A stretch of 64,000 bases of DNA from Klebsormidium nitens (lineage: Eukaryota > Plantae > Klebsormidiophyceae), in assembly GCA_000708835.1 (NCBI GenBank), contig DF237120.1:97963-161962 (forward strand). Direction: 5' to 3'. Numbering within the stretch: position 1 is the first letter of the stretch; each line of letters opens with the position of its first letter. Positions 48,401 to 61,900 of this stretch are shown piece by piece. The notes beneath the pieces are model-generated. The model was given only the letters and a program-made list of their open reading frames with translations. It ran no database searches and was not told the origin of the DNA. The translations under genes were made by a program, and so were the position numbers.

Positions 48401-51400
48401 TCTTTTCACGGGTTGATTCAAACGGACCCACGCCCGGGATTTTATCCTGGGCGCTCGTTTGGCAATTTGCTTGTGCTATTTCCGGCGACCCCGCGCTCCC
48501 TGAAACAGGTCTACTGGTCGCCCAGCTCGACGCGGCATGCATATGCGCCAGCTCCCGCTGCAGCACCTGCATGGACGCCCTTAAGCCGCCACGTGGCCCG
48601 CTGAGATTGGCGGACTCCTTGCCAGACACGTCACTCGACGCAAGTCCCGACAGCTGAGGGGCAGCGCGGTTTGCACAAGAACCAACGTCTTCCACGACCC
48701 CCGAACAGGACGTCGTCCCTCCGCCAACGTCTTTCCGACTGCTGACGTCACCGGTCATAAGATCCCCCCTGTTCGTGACGTCACCCCGCCCGCCCGGGCC
48801 TGCCGTGCCTGGCGGGCTGTGCGTCATCAGGACGCTCCCCTCGCTTGCAAGCGCGCGCGTCTCCTGGGGCGACCACTTTCTGCGCTGCCTCTCTACTCGG
48901 GTCGCCGGTTCAGAGTAAGGAACCTTTTGCGGGTTGGAAGTGCTGAGTTCTGGTCGTTCCGCTGGATCGGGGTTCTCTCGGCTCTCTTCGTGACTGCGGG
49001 AAAAGTTGCAAATCACGTTTTAGAAAGAGTGTGTGCAATGTTTAGTAAAGAAGGGTCTAGCAGTTGATGTGATAGCTTCAGTCTGGAGAGCAGAGAGAGC
49101 CGTGCTCTTCTTGTTCACAATGAGCTTGAACTTTGACCAAAAGGGTTGCAATCCGCTGCTTTTGAAGAGCTCAATTTTAATGCGCTGTCTCTGCTCTGAT
49201 TATCTTCTTTGATACACTACGTTAAATGCATCAAAACAAGCTTCGTCACCTCCTGTCACTGAAACGCCCAGACGAGATCAAGCAAGATCCAAGAAGAGAG
49301 GCTCAATGAGGAGCTACGCAAAATGTCACCAGTCGAGAAGTGCTCATGATATCTCGTGCGGCCAGTTCGGGCCAAGCGTCAGCAGATTATCACAGGTGAC
49401 GATTCCAAATCTCCGCTTTCTGCCCACCAACGAATCTTGCAACAGACGTTTTTTCTAGAAAGAGGAATACCCGTTAGAGAAACGGACAATGCAAGCAGGG
49501 CTGAAGTATTCACGCCGGGAAGGATCCGCACAGAGCGGGACAGAAGGACGAGAACAAAGAAGCAGCATTCTAGCAAGCGGAGAACCCAAAGACAGTCGAT
49601 GGATGGCCCGACATTTTTCAATAATAGCCTTGGATTGGGAACACGACATACAGCCAGATATAAGCGCTCACGTCAACCACGGACTCTCTCGGGCAGCTAG
49701 CGTGGGCCGTGCAGATAACCTGTTTGCCCCGCCAACCCCGCCTCGAATCCCTATTTTTGTGTCATTTGTTTTCTCCTCCGTACCGTACATTCTAAACCCG
49801 CTGCTCCCATCCTTGCCCGTGCTTTCTCCTCCCCTCCCCAGCACCGGCCTGCTTTCCTTGCCCCTTTCCCACCCCCGCGCTCTCAGCATCTTCGCTGTTT
49901 CGTAATCTTGGATAACCCGAGTATTCCACCGAGGCCTCCTATGTCTCTGGACTACCCCTTCAGCCCCCCCGGTTCCATTCTCCCCAGACACCTCCCTGTT
50001 TTTTGGAGGGTTCCCTCCACTTACGTTACCTTTCTCGCCCCCACTAGATTCCCAAGGTTTTCTAGGACTGATGGTAGCTCTTTCAGATTGTCGTCTACTC
50101 ACACAGTCCTCCTGCCCGTGTGCCTTGTCATGGTGCCGGGGGGTCGCTTCACTGAGAACCTTCCCCTGAGCAGACCCCCCCTCTGCAGCACTGTAGGAAC
50201 CAACTTGCCGCCCCGCTTCACTGACACGCGCCACCTCATCCTCCAAGACCTTTCTCTCGCCGCCCCTCGTCTTTCCCTCTGCTGTAACACCCCCGACTTT
50301 CCTCCCCGCCAGAGCGCTTGTCACACTGCCCCCGTTCTCCTCTCGTCCCTTTCGGTCAGAGCGTGCATGCCCCACCCCCCTGCCATTGTGCTGCGCAGCT
50401 TGCAACACCCGCTTCCTATCTTTCACCCCCGCAGGCACACTCTCTCGGCACTCATTTTCACCCCCCCCTGGAAGTTTCTCCGGCCAAGGGAGTGCATTCT
50501 CATCGCCCCCACCAAGCTCACAACGGAGCACCTCACGCCCGATGTGAATCTGCTTTGGCGCGGCCCGCCCCTCGCGCATGTAATTTGCGAGCCGCGCCCG
50601 TTCTGATTTGCGCCGCTCGAGGGCGTCGAGCGCCGCACGGGCAGACTCTTCCTCGGCTTTCCTTTTCATATCCTGCCATTGTCTGCAGGTAGAGAAGCGC
50701 TTGCTGAGTTGCACTACTTGTCGACAATGAAAATCTCAAGGCCCAGTTCACAAATAGTTGATAAAACATAAAAGACCTACAATGGTAAGATTGATTGTTG
50801 CGTAGGTTTTCAAGGGAAAAGTAAGCAATGCATGTCCGGCTCGCAGTAGATGGTCACAGCTGCTTCAGGTATAGAGACAAGTACAAGTACACGTCTGGAG
50901 ACTTTCCGCAGTCCGCAGTAAGCAAGCCTTGAGGCGGAACACGAGCTCAGCATTGAGAATCTCTTGCTGGAGAAGTTTTCAGAGTGCCTGTGGACTACAT
51001 CTTCTAGACCACCAGCTTGCACGACAGCATTGCGCTAAACAGCAGTCACAGCTGTTTGGCAGTAGGAGAAACAGGCACAAATTGGACGATCTACCAAGTG
51101 CAACCAGCAGAATGGCTTAAGGACTCGAATGTCTGCTTACTTAGCCTGTTTGCGCCAAAGTGTTCCAACTACTCCCACAACCTTTCCGCAGACTGAAAAG
51201 AAGAGCTAATTGCCGGGCGCCTGGTAAATTTCTGTGTTTTTTTGCTGGGTCTACTGAATGGGCAAGCCAGCTTACGAGATCGATAGATCAATTTTGAGAC
51301 ACTGTGCTATGCAACTCTGGCAATGCCGTTGAGGGCAATACAATAGTAGGTATTTTGCAAAAAGAACAGCATGCCACTGGTTTCTAATCTCATATGCAAT

Positions 51401-51530
51401 GCTGACTGAAAGCAGTCCATAGAAGCAAGTGGGCGTACCAAACGCCGCTCACCTTTGTCGCCTTGCCGTCTCCTTTGCGTGCTCCTTGCGTTTGTGCTCC
51501 ACGCTTGCCCTCAGAGACATTGTTCAGAAG
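45489..51530 (-). CDS. Large hypothetical protein (>1300 aa), mostly disordered with coiled-coil segments; gene ends uncertain
   Basis: Long stop-free exons 50682-49672 and 48993-~46186 join in phase (LT|HEESRENP). Small upstream exons 51530-51453 and 50966-50893 are also phase-consistent. A tentative last exon is 45739-45489. Coiled-coil-like segments include KRKAEEESARAALDALERRK, LAAEVAALKARLAAKDAEIMR and SLEEQSILASLQRLDIKL. The start codon was not located. Confidence 0.7.
48016..48209. repeat. Coding 21-bp tandem repeat (~9 units; heptapeptide (E/D)(G/A)(E/G)KRPV)
   Basis: ACCGGTCTCTTCTCCCCTTCA and ACCGGTCTCTTCCCCGCATCA alternate perfectly as ABABA over 48016-48120, followed by degenerate units. 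Confidence 0.95.
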
Positions 51531-52966
51531 CTGAACCCCAGAAAGGCAGTACCTTTCTTGGACCTTCATTTGCCCTTCACCAAAGGCAAGGTTCCTCTAT
51601 GAGCCTCCCCATGACAGATTGTTATACGTCCGCTCCAACAGTCGGTCCCACCAAAGCATTCCACGCATGCTGGTGGAATCCGTGCTAAATAATCTACCCT
51701 GCAGTCTAAGTTAGTCTACCCTGGCCTTGGATCGTCTCTTTGCCAATGGAGAGCCGGTCATCTCTGTACGTCTCAGTTGGCATGGCCTATACTCAAAGTT
51801 ACTGTACACGGCCTTTCAATAAGGCAGGTATACAAGCACAAGAGTTCCGCCGGATTGGCGCCACCGTCTCAGCTGTGCGACCTCTGTTCATCTGTGGCTT
51901 TGAAAAGAATAACAAATCACAAAAGGTTCGATGTGAATGCATGAATGATCCAGCTCGCTCTCGATCGGGCCGACTTGTTCAAAATTCGGCTGAGGCTGAA
52001 AGTGCGGAAACACTTTGATGTGCTCGCGCACCTAAAAACTTGACAGCGACAACCGTCAGATCTACAGCCTCTGGCGTTGGCAACCGTCCATGTATTCAGG
52101 GGACCTAGCCATTACGGTAACCGATATGTTACTTCACCCCTTTCTCGTTAGCAGCCTGGATTCAATCAGCAAAGCTGAGATTCAGAAGCAAGCTCAGACC
52201 GCTGTCACTGAAGCCTGAAGGAAGTTGAAGGTGGGGAGCAGAGGATTCGCGCCGCTATTGTGTCCTTCAAAAGGGCTGCATTGCCATTGAGGTGAGCTGT
52301 CAAACACACGCTTTCTTTTCTGGGTGCTTGTAAAGCTAGCTTGATTTTGTTGCAAGTTCCGCTACGGGCGCCAGCCAAGGCAGGTGAGATTCAAATGCAA
52401 GCATTACGCCATTGCAGTCCTTGTTTCTTGATTGAGCTTTATGAGATGTTTTGGAGGCATGCGCGACGAAGTTGCAGTTGCCATTGACTTTTCATACTGT
52501 GTTGTACGGTGCGAAGTAGACTTACGCTCACCGTTGTAGCCACATATGAAAGCCCTTTTAAGGTCTAACACAGATTACCACTGCAATCTGCAAGAAGGAA
52601 CGCTTACATTTTCTGAAGCCCCCATCCATACTTGTCTTTAAAATACCAGGTCTCCGAGACACCTAAGGTATATCTGCAGAAACAGGGGATTTGTTTGAAG
52701 GCTGTTGGAGATATATCAAATTGCAAAGAGCGCCCTAAAAGACGGACGTCAAATCCCTAAGACCTCTGTAAATTGTGTATCGGAATATGCTTCTGCTTGT
52801 CAATCAGCCTCCTATTCCAACCAGAGTCTATTAATGCCACCCTCCATCGTCTATGGTCATTGGTCTTCCATTCCCTGTCAATCACCACTGCATTCTTAAA
52901 CTGATACAGGTTCTCTGCGACCCAGGACACCCGCTCAGAACCCCACTTTGACAGCACACGACCACC

Positions 52967-55900
52967 ATGGCATTTGGGGGTGGCACTGGATTCTCCTTCG
53001 GAGGTAGCAGTACCCCTGCATTCGGCGCCAGTACCGGGGGGCTCTTTGGCACCAGCACATCAACCCCCGCTTTCGGATCGACCGCAACCCCTGCTTTCGG
53101 GGCCACTGCAACCCCTGCTTTTGGATCCAGCACATCCGCATTCGGGGGGGCAGCGACCCCCGCGTTTGGCGCAAGCGCTCCCGCTTTCGGTGGGGCAGCA
53201 ACCGGCTTTGGGGCGGGGTCCTCCGCCTTCGGAGGGGCCACTCCAGCGTTTGGCGCAAGCACACCCGCCGCAAGCGGTCTGACCTTCGGCTCCTCTGCCA
53301 CGCCAGCGTTCGGTGGCGCCACATCAGCGTTTGGCGCCACATCAGCACCCTTCGGGGCGTCCACCCCTGCGCCTGTTCCCAGCACGCCAGCTTTTGGTGC
53401 AAGCACCCCCACCTTCGGGGGCGGGTTCGGAGCCTCTGCTTCCGCTTTTGGATCCACGCCTAGTTCCACCCCTGCTTTCGGCGCTGCGCCCCTAGGAGGA
53501 GCATCCGGTTCAGCCCCCGCATTTGGAGCAACGGGGTCAGCATTCGGTGGAATGTCCGCTTTTGGGGGGGGCAGCAGCACACCCGCTCCCACCCCCTCGT
53601 TTGGCGCAGCTCCTTCCGCAGCAGCAGGGATCGCCACCCCGAGCAGCACTCCCGCTTTTGGATCAACTGCCACCCCCGCTTTTGGCGGCACGTCGGCATT
53701 TGGAGCGGGAACCAGCGGGGGGCTCTTCTCAGGGTTTGGGAAGCCCACTGCCGCGGCACCTAGTCAGACACCAACCAGCGCACCTGCTACGGCGGTGCCA
53801 ACTTTTGGCGCCACAGGGTTGGCGCAACCTGCCGCAAGCGCTCCTCTCTCATTTGGCCAAACCGGTGCCGCTACTCCCGCCCCCCTGTTCGGTCAAACGG
53901 GTGCTTCGACCACCCCCCTGTTCGGCCAAACTGGTGCTTCGACCACCCCCTTGTTTGGACAAACTGGCGCTCCAACAACCCCCCTGTTTGGTCAGACGGC
54001 GCCCTCAACCACCCCCCTGTTTGGACAAACCGGCGCAGCTCCTGCATCTACTGCAGCCTCGACACCGGCGTTTGGCGGAGGCAGTCTTTTCGGTCAAACT
54101 GGGGGGGTCCAAACCCCAGCACAAGCAACAACCCCCGCTTTTGGAGCCCCGTCTACGGGCGCTTCAGCAGCCGCGCCTAGTTTTGGAGTCACTCCCGCCC
54201 CCGCTGCCGCTACGACCCCCTTCAGTTTCACCCTCCCCACCCCAGGCGGCCAATCCCAGGCCGCCACGTCAGCAGCCGCTACAACCCCCGCGCCTAGTTC
54301 CTCGGCTGCCACCCCCGCCGCAGGTCTCTTTGGTGCAAAAACGCCCGCCACGACTCCGGCCTCTACTGGGGGTTTCTCGTTCAGTGGCTTTGGAGCGGCT
54401 ACTACCGCAGCAGGCCCTGTTTCGACGGGGGGCGGGCTTTTCGCGGGTATCACGCCAGCCGCCCCGGCCGCCAGCAAGGCCCCCGCTACACCAGCTACCG
54501 CCCCTCAAAGCGCAGCGGGACTATTTTCAATGACTGGAGCAGCGACTAGTAGTGCTGCGGCAGGGTCTGTTCCGGCATTTGGTGCGTCGGGGGCGGGGTC
54601 GTTGTTTGCAAAAGTCGGGGGGACTGAGTCAGCGGCGAAGGCGGCAAGCGCGCCAGCAACGTCGGGAGGCGGGCTGTTCAATCTTGCTGGAACCGGGGCC
54701 GCAACTACTCCAGCAGGTGAGGACTCTCATTGCATCATTGTGCTGCAGACTCTTCAAAGTTTCTGGAAGGGCCAACATTTCCCACCAGATTTGCTCGTAG
54801 AACTTTCTTGCTGATTCTTTTGTTGGGCTGTTTGTCCTGTTCGCTAGGCGTCTCGTTAGCAAAGGTTTTGACCTGATTTAGATTGGAGGAAGTTGAAAAG
54901 GCTGGTCGAGACAGTGGTGGACTGCATCAGGACTCTGTTGTTGCAATTTTAAGTAGACTTTATCAAGGGTTCAAGCTTTGTGTCGTCAAGTCGCAAGAGC
55001 GAAACCTTTTGAAATGTTTCTCACAGTACAACCTTTAGAATAAGGGACTTTGTTCGAGCCATCTGCAGTAAACCCTTGCTTTGTAGTTCAGAAACAGAGT
55101 CATTGCGTACAGGGATTCCTAGGGTCATCTTCATCTGCGCTGTAGCATCTGCGCGCAGAGGCCATATGGAAGAGTAAAAGACAGACCATATCACAGAGGG
55201 TTTTTCATTGTATCGCAGTACGTCCAACTGTCTTCAGGATCCTTCCTTTAACCTTTTGCACAGGACGACTCAGAGAGTCCACTTCTTACTCTTCACGGTA
55301 CTTGTTTTCCAACTTTTTATCAGGGTTAAGTAGCCGTCACTAGTATTTCAACACATTCGTCCCCGTCATGCAGTGAGCAAACCCGCTGCAACGACCGGCT
55401 TCGCCTTCCCAACCGCACCTACCACCGCCGCAGCAACCACTCCAGCCACGACGACTCCGGCCACCGCTGCTGCTGCCACGTCAGCGCCAGCTGTCGCGCC
55501 CACGACCGCCGGGCCTGTGACAGCTGTCGTGCCAAAACCTCCGTCCGAGATCGTGGGAAAGAACGTCGAAGAGGTAAGCAGTACGGCGACTCGAATCTGT
55601 GAATGTTGATGCCACCGATTCGAAGAAGGTGGCGCATCTGGGTGCGGTTGAGCTCAAAGAAAGGGCTCCCTTGTTAGGCCTTTGCTAGCTCTGCGGTACT
55701 ACATAAGGATGCGAACGGCTATACAAAGGTAAGGGCTTCACTCGTCGGAGTGACATTTCTCCTTGATGTGGGAGCTTGGGTGTTTCGACGAATCTGATGA
55801 GGTGGGCGTCCGCTGCGAGTTCTTCCATTCAACGACCCCTGCCGTTGGAAGGAGTCGAGGGAATGCTCTTTCGAGGTAGCACGCTTCCAATAGGAGGCCG

Positions 55901-58900
55901 AAGCACTGACGTCAGCTTCCAATGTTCCTCGATACTGGTGATGATTGGGTTCTCTACCAGATTAAAAGGACTTTTTGTCCCCTCATCGGCAGATCATCAT
56001 CGGCTGGACTGCCGAGCTCGAGACGCGGTGCGCTTCGTTTGCCAAGCAAGCGGGGGCGCTGATGGACTGGGATCGGCGCATACTGAGCAACCGAGGGGTG
56101 CTCATAAAGCTCGAGGTTGGTATTACAATCAGCTTTTACGTTCCGGTCCTCTCACCTTCTGAGCATTTGAATTTTCAAATGCTTCCAGAAGCCATACCTA
56201 AATGAAGGAAAGTGAACAGAGTGATCGTTTTTCACTTGCTTGCAAGGAATCATTTGACAAGGTGTGAAAAGATGTAGAAGCGGAGACCCTTCTGTTGTGG
56301 AATGCCTACAATCATCATGGCGCATTTCAGTGGAGTGCCAGTATCGGCTGCTAGAGCCTCAGTTCTTCGGCATGCAGCCAACGTGCCTCTGCGAGTCGGA
56401 TGGCCAGCGTGCCTCTTGGAGGAAACTCCTACACTTTCCCACGGAAATCCAGCCTGATCACTCACCTTTCCCCAGTCTTCCACAAGACTGGATCTATCTA
56501 CAGTAGTTATGCCGTTAATAAGAAGAATGTCCAAGAAACGAATGTTGCTCTACGTGCCTTAGTCAGCCCAGTCGCCCCATCTCGGCGATTCAAAAGATTC
56601 GAGCGGTTTTTCTCAAGTGTTCCGTAACATCGCTGACGAGCTTATTTTGCCCGCTACAGTCGGAGGTGGGGAAGGTGGTGGAGAGCCAACGCGCGCTGGA
56701 GAAGCAATTGGAGCTCGTGGAGATGCATCAAGCGGAGGTGCGTCACCTCCACCATTCCTACGAAGAGTCATCTGCTTGTCTTAAACGAGATTGCTGAACA
56801 TCAATCATCCAAACGACTCTGGTTATTTAGAGCACTCTCCGGATGGGTCAGGATTTCGTCTGGGTTAGGAAGTACGGTCTTCAAAAGCATGGGAGCTGCT
56901 GTCACGTTTCAAGGACGGCGAAACGCAAATGTCCAGAAATCACTTTATGGGATTGAGCTTACCTTTAAAGCTCTTCTGCACCTTTGAAAGCAAACTTGCA
57001 AGTGTTGCTCTTTTGTAATCGTGCTGCGGTCTAAGCACTTTCAGACCAGCTTGGCTGGGAGTCCGCTTGAAAGTCTTGGCCTTGACCTTTTGGGGGCAGC
57101 CTTGATTCAAGTGTTCAATCCATGTACTTTCCTGTTGAGTTGCCCTCGATCGTTTCTTCCTGAAAGTCGGCTCAAGAGTTCGCATGTAAGAGGTGCCTTC
57201 AGCTCTAGGCAATGTGCGATTCAATGGGAGCTCCTTAGCACCAAACTTCGCAAGAGCAGAGCTCGAGACAATTGCAGACCCTTCTCCATGAAGTCCTCTC
57301 TTTGGCAATCACGACCCGAAATTGAGCGTTCAGCCTCAGAATGCACATTGCCGTCTTGAGCCAACTAGTCAATTGTTCCAGTATTGAGAAGTTCAGGAGG
57401 CTCCATAGCATAGTTACTGCCATTTCGGCATATTCAATCTCGCAGTCGGACACTGTCCAACCTTTCAGGTCATAGCTCTCCATTCCAAGATCTTTTTAAA
57501 ATTTTACGAGTTGAGAAGGGACTCCGGTTACTGTATCGAGCAAGTTTGGGTGGGCTTCGCTTCTGGGGTTGCTTGTCGATAAGCATGCGTCAGAGACCTG
57601 TGTTCCTCCCCTGTTTTGTCATGGGGCCTCACATGTTTATCAACCCCAATCTCAAGGTGTTTCTTCCTGGTACTTTCCTTTCTATCTGTCAGTCGAAGAG
57701 GCAATGCAGCCTCTTCGTGCCTTCAGAGCCATGCGCTCAAGTTGCAATTGATCCCAACAAAGATTGGTGCCATATCACCGCACCTTATATCAAACTGGCT
57801 TTGGCTAAGACCTAGCCTTCGGTTGCTCTTATTGCGAAGACATCCTGCATCCGCGCTGTTGATGTGCGGTTGTGTGTTTGCGTCTGCGTATTAAATCACC
57901 ATCCTTGGAAAGAGACTGCGGGACCGGATTGTGATGTCTCTCTATTTAGAGAGCTTGTGTCTTGGTGCGTGGGGGAATGTTGCCTGCTCCAACGAATCCG
58001 AACACGTATGTCCATTGCTGTGGCGTTTGAGCCTGCTTCTTTGGGGCTGTTGCCAAAGCAGCAGTGCTGATCTATTCTGTAACATAAGTTTTGAGATTTG
58101 TGGAGCTCATTCTTTTTTATCGGTTGGCGGTTTGTTGCCCTCAACCAGTCCTACTGGTGAGAGGTGGATTGGTGGTTGAAGCGAAGGGTCGCGAACGTTG
58201 TTTCGCTTTTCTGCTGAAACGTGGCATGAGTGCAGGATGTGTATATTTGCGCTCTTAGACGGGAGACGACTGATTCCCATGGAGGGTTGTTGTTTCGAAA
58301 TAGACGGAGTCCTTTCGGCTTGGTATGTCATTGCGGTCCTGTTCGGCACAGGGCCATTAAGGACGTGACTTTCTACTCAGACCCTGCTCAGTATGTGCCT
58401 CAAGATACGCATAATGACAAGCTGGTGAAGTAAACCGTCGGTCGGTGGTGATCGGTTGCTGAACCGCTTAACTCTAGGAACTGGACTTTGCGTCAATTCA
58501 GCGGAGGTTCTATTGGTGCCTTGCTATTTTTCTTTCACGTTACCTTTTCAGGAGCGCTTACGACTGCAGATTCAATATGCCGAGGAGGGTGCATGCAGGG
58601 CAGGTTCTTGTGTCTCGTTAACGTTTCCTTGCGACTCCCATCGCCATTACGATTACCCGGCAATGACCGCGTCCCAGATTGAGCTTTCGAGCTCAAGGTC
58701 GGTCTCCCAGCGCCCTGAGGCCGGGGTTATTTATCAGCCAGTACTAAAAGGTGCTACTTGAAAACCGACCAGATGTGCCCCTGTAATGCTTTGAAGCGGA
58801 TGTTGCTCATGATCAAGCGTTACACAGTAACCCCGAAGCTGCTTACTGCCGTCAAGAGAACCGTTGCGGATGGAGGCGAGGAAGCTCACCTACACCGTTT

Positions 58901-61900
58901 CGACCATGAGTTCGAGCTTGACTGCCGTCAAGCTCCGCTTGCGATGTCAGCCTTTCCCATCCAATACAAGATTGCCGCTCCGATCTTTTTGTCTTCTTCT
59001 GCTTTATTGCCCGTCACAAATACTGTCGGAGTGCGAGGGGTAGTGCATTTCGATACAAACCGAAACAAGGAGGTTCAAGGCATCAAAACTTCATGTCTCT
59101 CTCACCGGCAGGCCGTGTCTCAGCATATGCTAGATAATGTTGTTTTGCCATCAATCGCAAAGCAAATTAATGCATTGAATGCAGAAACGCAGGGCGGTTA
59201 ACCAAACCGTCGGAGTTGGTATTGCTTAAACGCCAACTTTGACTATCACAGATTTTTGCAGGAATACCTTGCTACCTAGTCTGAGAATGACATGATTTTC
59301 TAAAAGCGTCTGGTATCCCGTAGCAGACACCAGGCTATGGCAATGAAGGTGCCCACAAGCTAGAGGTCACTCAAGATCATACGGTGGCTCTGATGCCGTT
59401 AGCTGATCATCGAACAAGGTCGAACCTGCAAGCATTGGAACCTATGTCTCGTCTCTAACGCAGTTTCTTATGTTCTTACGGTCCAGAAAAGCGGGCTGCT
59501 TACGTTTTGCCATAGAATCAGCCTGTGAAATCTCCTGATGATACTGGCTAGATGGTTACGAGAGTGTTTTGTGCGCATGGGCCTTGCCGTGTAGAGCGCC
59601 CTTCCTTGCAGGCTGTCTGTTGCAAAAGTTGGCACGCATTTGGTTGCCCCCATGCTTTTATGGGCAGGAAAAAGTTTCTGAGAAAATGGGGCTGAAACGT
59701 TCCTATGAAACCTTGGGACGAAACGCTGCGGTAATCGCTTTGGCAACCGTGCTCCGACTTGCCAATTCTGTCGGTTCACAGCATCAGCCACTTTCGCAGG
59801 AGCATTACGTCAATTGTTCTTTTTGAGAGACTTTTGAGACCTGCCAGCGCTGTGTATGCCTCCCTGTCGTCTCCTCAGAATTCGAAGTCTTTCTGACAAG
59901 AATTATGCCCGCCTGGGTTCTCTCTCACGTTCAAACTGGCCACGACATGCGGTGAAGGCCTTGAGTGCCAAGATTTCCTTCTAAGTTGCAGGTTGCCAAG
60001 TTCTTTCTGTTTTGCATCTAAAGCTTGCCGTTGTGCAACAAACATCCCGACTTCGTGATCTTTTGGCCTTGTTCAATCACGGTCCTAAACTCAATCGCGT
60101 TTTTGGCAATGATGAGAATGGGCCAATTACGCTCATGCTTGGAGACGTCTTCAACAAGCCGACCGTTCTGATTCCCCCGGATAATTATTCCTGGGAAGCC
60201 TTTATGGGGCTCGCGAGTACAATTTCGCGGCAGAGCAGCAGTACCTGGCACACTCTCGGACTGTTTGTAACAGAGATGCCCGTAACAAAAGATAACGATC
60301 TGGTGAAATCTTCGGATGGATGTTTTCAACGATGTGAAAGAAATTCCGTCGATTTTGCAGGTTGAACGTGCGCTCGAGAGCATGGAGTCTGCGGCGGCGC
60401 AGCTGTACCAGGAGGAGAAGCCGACCGTTCTGATGGACGATGCAGCGGCCACTAGGGACAGAATGTAAGTCTACGAACAGCGTCGCTATCACTTTGCCTT
60501 TCCGTTCTAAGACCTCTTTGTTTGCCTTTGCATTTGCGTCTGCTGCTGCTTGACCGTCCAACAGCGGCCGTTTCTGGCAGTCCGTCAGAGGTTACAGACT
60601 CGCTTGTTGCAGGGTGAATGCACAATCTGCTCATGACGAGCATTCTTATCGCCGTTTTTTGTTGATCGGAACCAACGGAGCAGGTAGTGCTTGCTGAAGA
60701 GATGCCAAAACGCAGTGAGTCAAAAACGAATTATTAAAAAGGACTCTGCTTGAACGAGAATTTGGTAGACCGTTTCTCTGTTTGGTCCTGACACCAGAGC
60801 GATGCTCAGGCCGTACTGGCTTGCTATGAATCTTTTTCGATTCCACAATTGTTCCAGTCTGAATTCGTTCTGGTTCGAATCGGTCCGTTTTGGGTGCGTT
60901 TTGCGCTGATGCAAATCTCATTTTATGCGGAAGACTGTTCTTCTTGGAAAAAGCTCGCGCTGACTCCTTCCGTTGCGAACCATCCTGAGCTACACCCATT
61001 CTGATTCGAAATCTTTCCCTCCTGAAGCTGGTTCCAAACCGGGTTCCGTTCCGTGCTGCTTCCGTTCCGTCCGGATCTCTCTTCCATGCTGGATCCGTTT
61101 GCGCCAACGGCGCTTTCTGCTCGGTCGTCTGTGCTGACCCAGGTTTCACCAAGTTGGTCCCTGCCTAAGGCGTCTCAAGTTAGAGCCGACCTCGCCCCGT
61201 TTCAGTGGAGATCCGTGCTCATTCCGCTCCGTTTCCGTATTCCGATGGTGGTTTTCAGGTACGAGCAAGCGGAGATTCTCCAACAGGAGCTGGACCGGAT
61301 GGGGGAGGACGTCCGCGAGACCATCAACAACCTTAACGCAGCACAGGTACGTCCGAAGATTAGTTCACTTTTAGGTTGAAATAGAGTCGATTTCCAGGGG
61401 ACGGTGGGGTTAAATTGTGAGGTTACAAGGAGGTTATACTCGGGGGTTGCGGTGAGATCAGTCGCCGAAGGACGGGTGAGGTTAGTCTGGGGGTTAGGGT
61501 GGCTCCCGGTGCAAAGCTCGTGAATTTGTCTCTAGCGTCTAGTTTGGTGCCTTCTCCAGGTTGTCAATGTTAGCTCAACCTGGCTCAAATTCAACTTGAA
61601 ATTGAGACGTATCATTTGCTGAGGTGTGCGTCAACTTCTTTGGACAAAGTGAGCGCTTTCAATCACAGAACCTTTTGGCTTGTTGTCCTGGAGTGTCCGA
61701 TTGTGGTGGAGGATTGGGGGTCATTTTAGCGGAGGCATCAACGGACGGATGGATTCCCCCTTGAACGACGCGCTCTGCAGTTTTTGTCAACTTTTGCCTC
61801 TTGATCGGTTGCTAGAAAGCAGGTTGATACCGACAACCGAAGCAAAGAAGAACGGAATGCTGGCCTGGGCGTGGGACTGTTCCTAAGGACAACAAGGACC

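Noticed and set aside
52882-54533. Long ORFs antisense or in alternative frames over NUP62 exon 1 (also over 46-50 kb and the P450 exons)
   Set aside because: They are shadow ORFs produced by GC-rich, repetitive codon usage of the real genes.
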